A DNA stretch of 64,000 nucleotides. Origin: Dipteris shenzhenensis (Eukaryota). A program made the position numbers and the translations under genes. Below are positions 12,701 to 23,859 of the stretch, piece by piece. How positions within the stretch are numbered: the stretch's first letter is position 1; each line of letters starts with the position of its first letter. Under the pieces are notes generated by a model. The model had not been told where the DNA came from and did not search any database. It saw only the letters and a list, made by a program, of their open reading frames with translations. Location of the stretch: the NCBI GenBank assembly GCA_047967505.1, contig CM106538.1; one strand, given 5' to 3'.

Positions 12701-13590
12701 TGAAGGCTAATTGCACTTGGATGGTCATATTTTGCCTTACATTCATGTATTGCCTTATGAGTTATATGAGCCTTATGTTTGTACAAGAGTAGACATTGCC
12801 CTTGCAATGACAAGTGGTAAGACCCTCTTCATATTCAATCTATTTGAAGGCATATGGGATGCATGAAAGATCAAAGAGCAAAGGAGTTACAAGATTGGCT
12901 ACACCAAGAACCTCTCCAATGACAATGAACCTCACACTATGGTAGCTTGGAAGAGAAGAAGGAAAAGGACACGACATACCATCAAAGGGGGGTATTTCCC
13001 CACATCTTCAATTTAGAATTTTTGTGTGTGTGATCAATAAGGGTTCTATGCCTTGGGATGTCCCCCTGAAAATATTGTATTGGGTTTTGTAAGGGTTGCT
13101 AGTCATTTTGTCAAGAAACCTCCAAGAGAGATTGTAAACTAGGGACAAAAATTGGAGTGAGATCATGTTGGAGCTAGGGTGTCCAAATGAGTCTACTCCC
13201 AATGCAACTTAGAGTGAGTCTAGGTCGGGATCATGTGTGTTGCCACCAGAGGTGGGCAAGCCATGAAGTTTCCCATAGACTACTGCTAGGGGTCAAGGTC
13301 ATCATCTTGTGGGGGGGTGTTAGAACAAATTGATGAAGGTATACCTATGTTTGTGTGTCCATGTGTGACCACCTGTGTGGTGAGTGTGCTTGTAGTAGGT
13401 GTGATTGATGATGTGTCAGTCAGTAGGTGTGCATGGAGAGATTAGTGGAGTGATTTGTGGATCTGGGATTCTCTCTCTTGAGCTCACATACAATGTATCA
13501 CTGGCCTATATATTGGAACTTGCTCTCATGAATAAAGTACTGTTTCTTCTTCATTGTTGATCTCATCATGACTTCTTTTCAATTCCTTCA
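9764..13590 (+). mobile_element. Non-autonomous LTR element in tandem array (LTR-internal-LTR-internal-LTR), TRIM/LARD-like
   Basis: LTRs 9764-10086, 11541-11863, 13318-13590; PBS-Met after LTR1 and LTR2; G-run PPT before LTR2 and LTR3; 1777-bp period; TSD GTTGG at 9759-9763 and 13591-13595; no pol. Confidence 0.97.
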
Positions 13591-14623
13591 GTTGGGATGC
13601 AATACTTGGTGTTGCCACATTGTGGCTCTCTATCCCAATAATTCCAAGGGGTACATCTGGCCTTACTTCTTGGGAAGATTGAGGCTTTTCTCTGAGTGGG
13701 CAATCCATGCACGCATTGCCAACTCCACAATCTTTGCACACAGATTGGAAAGTACTTGGGCAACCTTTGTGAGGGCATTCAACAATCCGATGGTTTTCTC
13801 CAGATCCAAAATACTTGATGGGTGCTCGATATGTGGTTGGTCTTGCTTGATTGGCATACACCAGAATGAGTCCTTCAACATCATATATAGGCTATTCTAT
13901 TTCATACTCATATTGCTATTCTAGCTCTTTAAGCTGGAGTTGTTTCTCTAGGACTACTGGTGCAAGATTAGGGGCTCGAAGATACTATGGAGGATTGGAT
14001 TTCTCAATAGTTGAGGCACTTGTGTCCTCATAGGTATGGGATCGAGCCATGGCACTTGTCCATTAGGTGCGAGTGCTGGTTGCCTATATACTGGGATTGG
14101 CACTTGTTGGCCCTATTGGGATTGGGGTTGTGCAGTCGTCATATTGTAGAAGCATGTGTTTACATCATGACATACAAAATTGCAAATGGCACACCACAAC
14201 CTTAGGGGTTGGGGCACTTCTAGTGGGTTAAGTCTCTTCCTCAACATTGGGCACTGTGTGGTTGGCCATACAGTGTGGGCACCATATATTCTCTCTTGCA
14301 TGCTGTGGTGGTTGAGAGACACGCAACTTCTTCTCTATGGCTTGCATCAATTCTTCTTTCAATATTAAGGCATGGCTTCCACTCATCCTTGGTGGTGCGA
14401 TCCTTTGTGGAAGTGCTTCCCCTCTTGGAAGATTTCTTATCATGATGACTTGATTTATAGTCATCACTATCATTGTCAGAGTCAGTCATGCCATCCTCAA
14501 TGTCAATTATAGCTTCATGAGCATCATTGAAATGTGCATAGCTGCTACTACTAACTTTTTCAGTCCAGAGATGAACCATGGAATGAGGTACTTGTCGTTA
14601 GGACGGGGAACACACTTGGCTAT

Positions 14624-17110
14624 TGAAGGACAAATTGATGTAATGGGGTGTACCAAGGGGTACAAGGTTTGTGTGTCACCACATGGTGGTTAGTGTGACC
14701 AGGTTAGGTGGTAGAAGGTTCTATTAGGTGTGATTGAGAGATTCATGGGGCTGATTGAGAGATCAGTGCAGTGATTTGTGGATTTGGAGATGCTCTCCTT
14801 TGGGGCACATGCATTGTATCAATTGCCCTTATAAGGGCCTCTCCTCTCTTGAATAAACTACTCTATTTGCTCCATTTGCTTCTTTCCATTATCTTCTTAC
14901 TGTTGTTCCATCATGTGGTATCAGAGCCATGTTCACCCTCCTTGAGCCCTCTTTGAGTGCTATGTCATCATCTTCCCCAAATGAAGCTTTTCTTCATTCT
15001 CTTCCCATAGTTTTTCCTTAGGCTTGTTCTCCTCCATCTCTGAGATATTTTCCATGCCCTCTGAGCTTAAGTGTCCTTGTGTTGGGGAAAATCCCTAGCT
15101 TGGAGGAATTGACAAATGCTTGTGTCATTTGCCCATGTCGACCCACTTTTCAGCCACCAAAAATTCGCACACTTCTCCATGTAGGAGCTACCATTCACAA
15201 AATGGCTCTAGCTACTATTGGGAGACACTACAAGGAGCATGCTGATGAAGTTTGAGCAACAATGGTCTAGTATATGAGGAGAACAGACACAAAAACTAGT
15301 CGAGAAAGGCGCTACTCTCACAGAAATTCTGACGCAGCATTGCGCAATTCTTCGCTAGGGGCTCCTCTTTGGTAAAAGAGATTTGATTCCATTGTAAAAG
15401 CCACTTCATTTCTTGCTTCTATAGCTTCAATTGTACCCTCCAACTTCAGACTATTCAATTTGGGGGTAATAGTGATATTTTCTTCTAATGTGAACAATTG
15501 AATATAGTTAAGTGCTAGAAAGTTTCATCATTATCTTAGTTATCTTTGGGCTTTTGGATGTTTGACCATTGGAAGTGATCTGAGGCATTTTTTAGTCTGA
15601 TCTTTGGAGCAATGTCTTGTAGTTTGACAGTTTTGGTAAATGCTCATGATGCATATATGATATATTTGAATTGCATGCTATCTTTGTAAGGGACTAGACA
15701 TTGCCACATCAGTGGTAAGACCTCCCCTATGGCCTCCAAAAACAAGATAGAAAAGTTTGAAGGAGAGGGTTTTCATACTTGGTAGACTAAACTGAAATTT
15801 ATTCTCATGAAAAAGGGGATCTAGAATGTGGCTAATGGAAAAGAAAAGAAACCAACCATTAGGGAAGGAGAAGCTTTATGGCTCCCTAAGAATGAAAAGG
15901 CACTAGCCCTAATTGCTCTTGGATTGAGTGATTCTTTTATCCACCACATTGATGGGGATGTGAGAAGGCTGCTTATGCTGCATGGAGTCATCTTGAGCTT
16001 GTCTTTGGAGCACAGGGGAAGTGTTCCAAGTTTAGTTTGCTCATCAAATTCTTTGATATGAAATTGGATAGAGGAGAATACATCTCTTCATTTAAACTCC
16101 ATGAAGAGCATATTGACTCAGTTAGCTAGCATCAAGTTTAATCTTGATGATGACATTGTAATTGCTATCTTACTCAAAAGCCTAACTGAGGAATATGGCA
16201 CTATTGTCACTACTCTCACCAATATACCAGAGGTTAGTTTGGTGCAAATTGAAGCATCCCTCTTGGAAGACGAAAGGAAAATCAAATAGAGGAATGACTA
16301 CAAAGAACATGGGGCATATTTGGCCAAAAGCAACTTCAAGGGATCCACCAGCAAGAGCAAGATGAAGTGCAACTTTTGTGGAAAACCTGGACATTTTGAG
16401 AAAGAGTGCTATGCAAAGAAGAAATGTTAAGCAAACCTTGTGGAAGAAGTAGAGAAAGAAGAAGAAGAAGAACCAGAGGATGTTAAAGCTCTCACTGCTT
16501 TCACCACCCAAGTCAATCTTGATATGGGTCATATGTTTTGTAAGTTGTTTGTGTGTGTGGTCAATAATGGTTCTCTGCCATGGATAGTCCATCCTTAAAT
16601 GATTGCTAGTCCTTTGTTTGAGGTTTTAAAGGGTTGGACCCATGGGGATTTCCATACATAGTCATTGTCCAATCTTCCAGTGGTAAACCGAGAGCCATAA
16701 CCAAAGTGAGTCACAAGTTGGGGTCATGAGTGTTGTTAATATGTCTGAACAAACCATGAAGCTTCCCATGTACTAACTGCTCGGGTGAGGTCATCAATTT
16801 GTGGGGGGTATGAAGGACAAATTGATGTAATGGGGTTTACTGAGGGGTACAAGGTTTGTGTGAGTTTGTGTGTCACCACATGGTGGTTAGAGTGACCAGG
16901 TTAGGTGGTAGAAGGTTCTATTAGGTGTGATTGAGAGATTCATGGGGCTGATTGAGAGATCAGTGGAGTGATTTGTGGATCTTGAGATGCTCTCCTTTGC
17001 GGCACATGCATTGTATCAGTTGCCCTTATAAGGGCCTCTGCTATCTTGAATAAACTACTCTATTTGCTCCATTTGCTTCTTTCCATTGTCTTCTTGTTGT
17101 TGTTCCATCA
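14624..17110 (+). mobile_element. gag-only non-autonomous LTR retrotransposon (TR-GAG-like), complete
   Basis: LTRs 14624-14913 and 16811-17110 (TGA...TCA), PBS TGGTATCAGAGCC at 14916, G-run PPT ~16801-16808, TSD GCTAT at 14619-14623 and 17111-17115. Confidence 0.96.
15729..16520 (+). pseudogene. Copia-type gag pseudogene (UBN2-like plus CCHC knuckle)
   Basis: MASKNKIEKFEGEGFHTW..., IAILLKSL.EEYGTIVTTL, CNFCGKPGHFEKEC; stops at 15783, 15822, 16287 and frameshifts; end approximate. Confidence 0.92.
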
Positions 17111-18891
17111 GCTATGAATTTTTTCATTATTCCCAAGCATGTTTTGACCTTTGATTTTTTGTGCATTTCCATATTTCCAAGTTGGAGGGTGGGGTCATCT
17201 TGTAGCCTGTTGGTTTGGAACCTCCTTCTGAACTGCTTGGATAGTAGTGCCCATGTGGCTCTTTTTGCTACGAGTAGCTCTAGGTACCATTTTGAGGACT
17301 CATCGGTTGAGGCCAGGGGAAACCAGGTGGATTTAGTTTCATTTGATTGGTTGCCTCTAGCACAACATGCTACGTTAAAGGTTGAAGGAATCTGACAGGA
17401 TCCCCTCATCCATTGTACTTTGGCATTTCAAATTTACCAAAGTGTCTTCTTCCATTGGTGTTGTTGCATCAGTGTTCGAAGAAATATTTGGGATACAGAG
17501 TGCCATTTACTATTTCTTCTTCAATCCTTAGGTCCTCCATGCTACTTCTCAATGGTGAAAGTTCTCAAAAGTAGGTAGGTGCTAGCATTCATCCTGATCC
17601 AAGGTGCATACACAATGCTTAATTATGGCCTTTGAGTGCATTTGACGGTGAATTCCACAATTGATTTTGACCTACGTAGCCCAAAAATAGCAAAAGATAT
17701 ATGATCTTTTAAGAGTATAGACACATGGGTGTAGTTCTTCGGGCTTGGCTACCTGCATCATATTATCGTCCTATGGAAAATCAGTGTATTCAGTGATTAT
17801 TCTACACCTAGCCTGGAAGTTCAAAAGAATGGGATGGGCAGCAAGAGTCTGGAGGTCGGATGGGTGGGCTACTAGCAAGCTAAAGATCTAGACAAAAGTA
17901 TGAAATAGCTATAATGGGGTGATAGTGATCGAGATTTTGGCAAAAGATGGTAAGGAGTGTGTTGGGTGGGAGAGAGGTGGTGAGGTCAATGTGAAAAATG
18001 AGATTTTGTACGTGAAGTGCATCAAAGTTCATTTGGAGGGTGTGGAAGATTGTGCATGGTGAGAGTGTGTAAGTGTCTAGTTGATCTCTACTATTCTGAG
18101 GGTCGATTCTACTTTGTCCAACTGGTCCATCATGATTTGAACCAAGGACTTGCTCGCAGAGAGGTCATCCTTGAGATTTGTAACCGTCATGTAGAATTTC
18201 ATGTGGAATTATGGAACTTTTTGGGATTTGAGTGGCTTTATTTATGTTAGAATCAAGGGTACGCTCTTGGGGGACTGCATCAGGAGTTGATGCAGGTTCT
18301 TGTGTTACTATCTCATGAATCCAAGCATCGTGAGCTCGTGGATTCTATGTGTCTAGAAGTTTTGGGGCTCAAATATAATGTTTGCCTTGGTGGTAGCCTT
18401 GGGCCTCCAAGAGCTTCCTTGCGATCCAATGTGGGTGAGTCTTTTGCATTGGTGCATTGGCAATTGTCTTGTGGGTGTGGTGATAGATGTGTTGGACTTT
18501 GCTCGTAGAGGGAGTTATCCATTTTGGAAGGGGTGGAGGAGGGATTAGAGACCTTCCCATGGTGTTGGGAAACCATAAATGTTGCCCTCCTTTGTCGTAG
18601 TGTTCTACACAGCGAACGTCCTTGCACACCCATCACTCATGAGACATCTGGGTACTACCCATGGAAATGGGCTTGGAAGAAGAGGTGGAAGAAGAACTAG
18701 TGTTGAAGGTTCACCTTTATTGTGTATAGGGTAATGGCCTTGAGTGGAGTAGGGGTAGAAGTCTTTCTTGGGACAATGAATTGGGGGTTGGGATGTCTTT
18801 GGAGCTTCATGATTATCCTCCTCCAAAAATTCCTTACCCTTCAAAGGTGGTTGCATTGTAGGGGAATTGGTGTCCTCTTTATAGAATGGGA

Positions 18892-19230
18892 TCATTGAGA
18901 TATGCCCACTAGATGTGAGAGTGGATTTTTGCACTTTCTAGTCGATTTGGCAATTGATGGCATAGTAGCATGTTCTCCAAGGATCATCTGTTCATCTAGT
19001 AGTTCTATGGGAAGAACATAAAACTGAGTATCTACCACATGGCAAGCAATGGTTAGTTTGAAATCCACATAACCCAATGTATCTAAAACTTGGCCATTAA
19101 TGACCCAAACTGAAGCAACAATGAGGTTTAACGGTACCCTTATCACTTCCCATACTTTGTGGGAAATAAAATTATGACTTGCTCCCAGACCCACAAGTTC
19201 CTTCACTATGGTATTGGGACCCTACTACAA
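18892..19230 (-). pseudogene. Gypsy-type aspartic protease fragment
   Basis: LVGLGASHNFIS (decayed DSGASHNFI) and downstream MILG motif. Confidence 0.75.
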
Positions 19231-19419
19231 ATAAATATTCAACCTAGTTGGATCTATTGTTAATTCATTAGTCAGGCATAGGTGCTCTACTGTAGCTTTA
19301 AATAGAGCCATTAGTTTCCTTTGTATAATTTTTGCATTATGAATCATGGCCTCTTAGATGGCCTAGCGTTTCATCTGTGCTACCTTGGCTTTAAGCTCTT
19401 TCTCTCAGTGTATGGACTG

Positions 19420-19925
19420 AGAGTCTCTAGAGTGAGAGGACCATAATATCTGTTTTGTTTGCTACCATTGAGGTAGCCATCCATCTCAACCCCATCTAGG
19501 GTGGCTATTCTACATGCACCTTATGGAGTGATCTCCACTATGTGGTAGGGATCCATGCCCCTATATTTAAGTTTGCGCTTGGTGTTACAGATGCTATAGA
19601 GGAGTGCTAAGTCTACTTCTTCTAGCTCCTTGTTCTCGAGATTGAGATCAAACCATTTTTTGTGCCTCACCTTCTCCACTAAAAGGCAATACACTGTGCA
19701 TATCTTATCTCATCTAGCCATTCCAAATTGGTTAGGTGCTTAGCTAAGGCATTTTCGATGAGCCTTCCCTTAACTGCAATGCATAGCCTAGGCACTACGT
19801 ACTCCATTGGCATAAATGCCTCTACTTGAAGGCTAAGCTAAAGGGGGTATAGTTGGTTACCACTTTGTATGATGTTAGATAGGCCCACACTGTTGCGATG
19901 AGCTTGTGTTCCCAGTCAGTACAAC
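19420..19925 (-). pseudogene. Gypsy integrase C-terminal fragment
   Basis: Manual translation DWEHKLIATVWAYLTSYKVVTNYTP ... KRKLKYRGMDPYHIVEIT. Confidence 0.75.
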
Positions 19926-19949
19926 TGAAGTGGCCGCCCTGGAACCTAT

Positions 19950-20290
19950 CAAATGTGCATAGACTATCCTGCACTAAACAAAATCACAATGAAACAAATA
20001 TCCAATCCCTAGGATTGATGGACTTTTGGACAAATTGAAAGGGGCCAAGGTTTTTAGTAAGATCGATCTTAAATTTGGTTATCATCAAGTTTGTATGGTA
20101 GAGGAGGATATATAAAAGACTACCTTTTGAACTCAAAAGGGGCATTATAAATTCTTAATTATGCCTTTTTGGCTAACTAATGCTCCAGCTACTTTTAGTA
20201 GAATGATGAATCACATCTTTCTTAAACACCAAGACTGTGTAGTAGTAATTTTTGATGGTGTTTAGCAAAGACATTGAGGAGCATAAGGAA
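19950..20290 (+). pseudogene. Gypsy reverse transcriptase fragment
   Basis: Manual translation [60 protein letters not shown]. Confidence 0.9.
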
Positions 20291-20329
20291 CATCTATAGC
20301 AAGTATTTTCTTTCTAAAACCTTGCACAA

Positions 20330-20760
20330 GTGTTAATTTATGCATCGACCACCGATTATTGGGTGAGCAAGCAGAATTCCCAAATCTTACATGTGTACTT
20401 GTGTACATGTAGGATAAATATGTAGCAATAATTGACATCCACATGTCCATGTGTAAGCTTAGTGCCAAAATTTGCATGGCTCTTAAGTTGGGTGATCTTC
20501 ACACACTTTCAAATTTTCATGTGCATCGAACACTGACTGTAAGTAAAGCATTAGATTGGTGCCAAAACTTTGCATAGGTCTTCTTTCATGTCACTTATAT
20601 GCTCTTGAAAGTTTTCATGTGCATCAGACACCGATTTTGTAGTGAACAAGCAAAATTTGCACTTGCATGTGTAGGAGAAATATGCAACAGTGGTCAACAT
20701 CCACATGTCCAAGTGTTATATTGGTGCCAAAATTTGCATGGGTATTGACTTGAGTAACCT
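20330..20760. repeat. Degenerate repeats (CATGTGCATC(A)GA.AC.GA, GTGCCAAAA(T/C)TTGCAT, ACATCCACATGTCCA)
   Basis: Motifs recur 2-3 times between 20339 and 20760. Confidence 0.6.
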
Positions 20761-20761
20761 T

Positions 20762-23128
20762 TGAAGGACAAATTGATGTATGTGTATGTGCCTACGGGCT
20801 AGGAGTCCTACGCTAGGAGTGTGTGAGTGTAGGTGTGCTAGAAGGTTCTAGTGACTTGGCAGTTAGGTATGTCAGGTTGGTGTGATGTGATTTGGAGTGA
20901 GCATAGGAGGTAACTGATTGAGCTAATCATGGAGATGCTTGTGGATCTAGGATCTACAAACATGGAGGCAGTTGCCTATATATGTAACCACTCATGAACA
21001 AAGTTGTGCTCATTGTGATTCACCTTTGCCTCATTGTTTAGTCCATGAACCAACATGTGGTATTAGAGCTTGCTGATAATCCTAGTGCCTAGGAAGAGTA
21101 TCCAAGAGATTCCAAGAAGATTCCCTCTTCTTCCCTAAATTCTTCTCATCCTTTCTTCTTCCCCCGTGACCTTGGAAAGCTAAGTTCTCTTCATCCAAGC
21201 AATGGATTGAGAAATCCTCCCAGCTAGACTCTCCTCATGCTTGGACGACCTCTCTGACCAAAGGGATTGTCACAATTCATCGCCATTCTCACGCGCCACT
21301 TCTTTGTCTCCTCTATGAAGTTCTTACAATGCTGGTCACTGTAGTATCTCATTTTGCAATTCCTCTTAGCCATGGCTGGACAACTACTAGAACAACCCAC
21401 AATAGAAATCTAAAGTGATTTGGTCTAGTATCAAGGGAGAAATTGATGACAAAACAGTTAGTTTAGGAGAAGACATGGTTTCTTAGTTGATGAAGATGTT
21501 GCCTCGGGTGATGTGATGCGTCATTTCACCTAAGATTTGTACTGAGTCCTCTCCTCCTATGTATCTTTGATTGCGTAGCAAAAGCCCCAAGTTTGATGCT
21601 ATGTGGAGTGAGGTATCAAGCCTCCAAAGTTCCTCTATTTTCTACAAGCATTTCTAGACATATCTTGAAGATTGATGCTACACTAAATGCTAAGTTGATG
21701 CTTGAGGTATAAAGTGGGGTTGAAGTACAGTTCAAAGATTGCTGTTTCAGTTTAGAGAATGCTCTTTGAAGTTCAGTTGGCATTGATTTCTTGACAACAT
21801 GCCAAGTTCTCAATGCTCTTCCAATGCTAAGCACTTGAAGAAGACTACAAGAAGGACAAAGTACAAGGTAAAGAAGACTCCAGTTAAGAGGATTTGGGAG
21901 AAGCCAACTAGTTATGCATATGCCAAACAACTAGGTTTTTTTGAATTTTTATCTAGCAATTTGCATCTATATCGTGAAGGTGATTTCTTTGTTGAGAAAG
22001 ACTGATCTTTTGTAAAAAAGGGCTTAGACACTGCCATTAAATTGGTAAGACATTACCAAATGGCCTCCAAAATCAAGATAGATAAGTTTGAGGGAGAGGC
22101 TTTTCATACTTGGCAGACCAAACTGAAATTTATTCTCATGAAAAAGGGGATTTGGAAGGTGGCTAATGGAAAAGAAAATAAACCAACAACTAGGGAAGGA
22201 GAAGATTTATGGCTCCCTAAGGATGAAAAAGCACTAGTCATTGCTCTTGGATTGAGTGATTCTTTCATCCACCACATTAATGGCTGTGAGACTACTCATG
22301 CTGCATGGACTCATCTTGAGCATATTTTTGGAGCACAGGGGAGATGTTCCAAGTTTATCTTGCTCTTCAAATTCTTCGATCTAAAATTGGATAGAGGAGA
22401 ATCCATCTCTTCCCATTTAAATTCCATGAAGAGCATATTGACTCAGTTATCTAGCATCAAGTTTAATCTTGATGAAGACATTGTAATTGCTATCTTACTT
22501 AGAAGCCTAACTAAGGAATATAGCACTATTGTCACCACACTCACCAATATACCAGAGATTGGTTTGGTGAAAATTGAGGCATCCCTCTTGGAAGAGGAAA
22601 GGAAAATCAAATAGAGAAATGACTACAAAGAACATGGGGCATATTTGGCCAAAAGCAACTTCAAGGGCAAGAGCAAAATGAAGTGCAACTTTTGTTGAAA
22701 ACTTGGACATTTTGAAAAAGAATGCTATGCAAAGAAGATATGTTTAGCAAACCTTGTGGAAGAAGTAGAGACAGAAGAAGAAGAAGAACCAGAGGATGTT
22801 ACTCTCACTGCTTACACCACCTAAGTCAATTTTGACAAGGGTGAGGACCCATATGTTTTCTAGGTTATTTGTGAGTGAGGTCAATAATGGTTCTCTGCCA
22901 TGGATAGTCCATCTTTAAATGATTGTTAGTCTTTTGTTTGAGAGTTTTTCTTTTTGGACTCATGGGGATTTCCATACATAGTCATTGCCTATCTCCCAAC
23001 TGTAAATCAAGAGTCCTAGGAGTGAGTCACAGGTTGGGGCCATGTGTGTTGCCACATGATAGTGGGCAAGCCATGGAGCATCCCATGGACTACTGCTGAG
23101 AGATGAGGTCATCAATTTGTGGGTGGAG
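20762..23128 (+). mobile_element. Second gag-only (TR-GAG-like) element, 3' LTR absent
   Basis: 5' LTR 20762-21055 (TGAAGGACAAATTGATG...CCAACA), PBS TGGTATTAGAGC 21058-21069, gag and 3' tract highly similar to 15729-16808, ends at PPT relic GTGGGTGGAG. Confidence 0.92.
22060..22824 (+). pseudogene. Copia-type gag, 254 codons with two in-frame stops
   Basis: MASKIKIDKFEGEAFHTWQTKLKFILMKKGIWK...; TAG at 22612-22614, TGA inside the knuckle (CNFC*KLGHFEKEC), terminal TAA 22822-22824 in the same frame. Confidence 0.92.
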
Positions 23129-23825
23129 CATAAGCATGAGCATATGTCTCCTTCTCTTATGCTTATGCTTATGCATGAGCATATGTCTCCTCTTATGCAT
23201 AAGCATAAGCATAAGCATATGTCTCCTTCTCTTATGCTCATGCATAAGCATGAGCATATGTCTTTGAATCTCTTTTATGCTTAAGCTTTCTCTCTTTTTC
23301 TTTTATGCTTATATATGCTCATGCATAAGCATGAGCATGTGTCTCCTTCTCCTTCTCCTCTTTTCCTCTTTCCCCTCTTTGAATCTCTTTTCCTCTTTTT
23401 CTCCCTCTTTTCCCTCTTTCATGCATAAGCATATGTCTCCTTCTCTTATGCTCATGCATAAGCATAAGCATGAGCATATGTCTCCTTCTCTTATGCTTAT
23501 GCTTATGCATGAGCATATGTCTCCCTCTTTCAATCTCTTTTTCACTTTCCCTCTCTCTTTCCCTCCCTCTTTCCCCTCTTTCAATCTCTTTTTCTCTCTT
23601 TCTCTTTTATGCTTAAGCTTTCTCCCTTTTTCTTTTATGCTTATATATGCTCATGCATAAGCATGAGCATATGTCTCCTTCTCCTTCTCCTCTTTCAATC
23701 TCTTTTTCTCTCTTTTTCTTTTATGCTTATATGCTCATGCATAAGCATAAGCATATGCTTTGTTTACTTTCCCTCTTCTTCCTCTTATGCATAAGCATAA
23801 GCATATGTCTCCTTCTCTTATGCTC
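23128..23825. repeat. Low-complexity palindromic hexamer array (GCATAA/GCATGA versus TTATGC/TCATGC) with CT-rich spacers
   Basis: Unit GCATAAGCATGAGCATATGTCTCCTTCTCTTATGCTTATGC and variants repeated about ten times. Confidence 0.92.
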
Positions 23826-23859
23826 CTTCTCCTTCTGCTTCTCCTCTTTTCCTCCTTTC

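Larger units (their letters stand above)
7816..17420 (-). mobile_element. Heavily deleted Ty3/gypsy host element, interrupted by two nested insertions
   Basis: gag SSKWY..ATWALLSKQFRRRF (17111-17300) reads on across the 14624-17110 insertion into KCVPRPNDKYLIPWFISGL; Cys/His knuckles at 13700-14290; RT fragment PSTFQRVM..LQDDLCIHS (9233-9370); integrase fragment YFTKWAKA (~8970-9030); outer boundaries approximate. Confidence 0.8.

Noticed and set aside
9764-13590. Retrozyme (hammerhead-ribozyme LTR element), suggested by short LTRs and tandem arrangement
   Set aside because: No CTGANGA...GAAA hammerhead core with flanking stems found by eye in the LTRs
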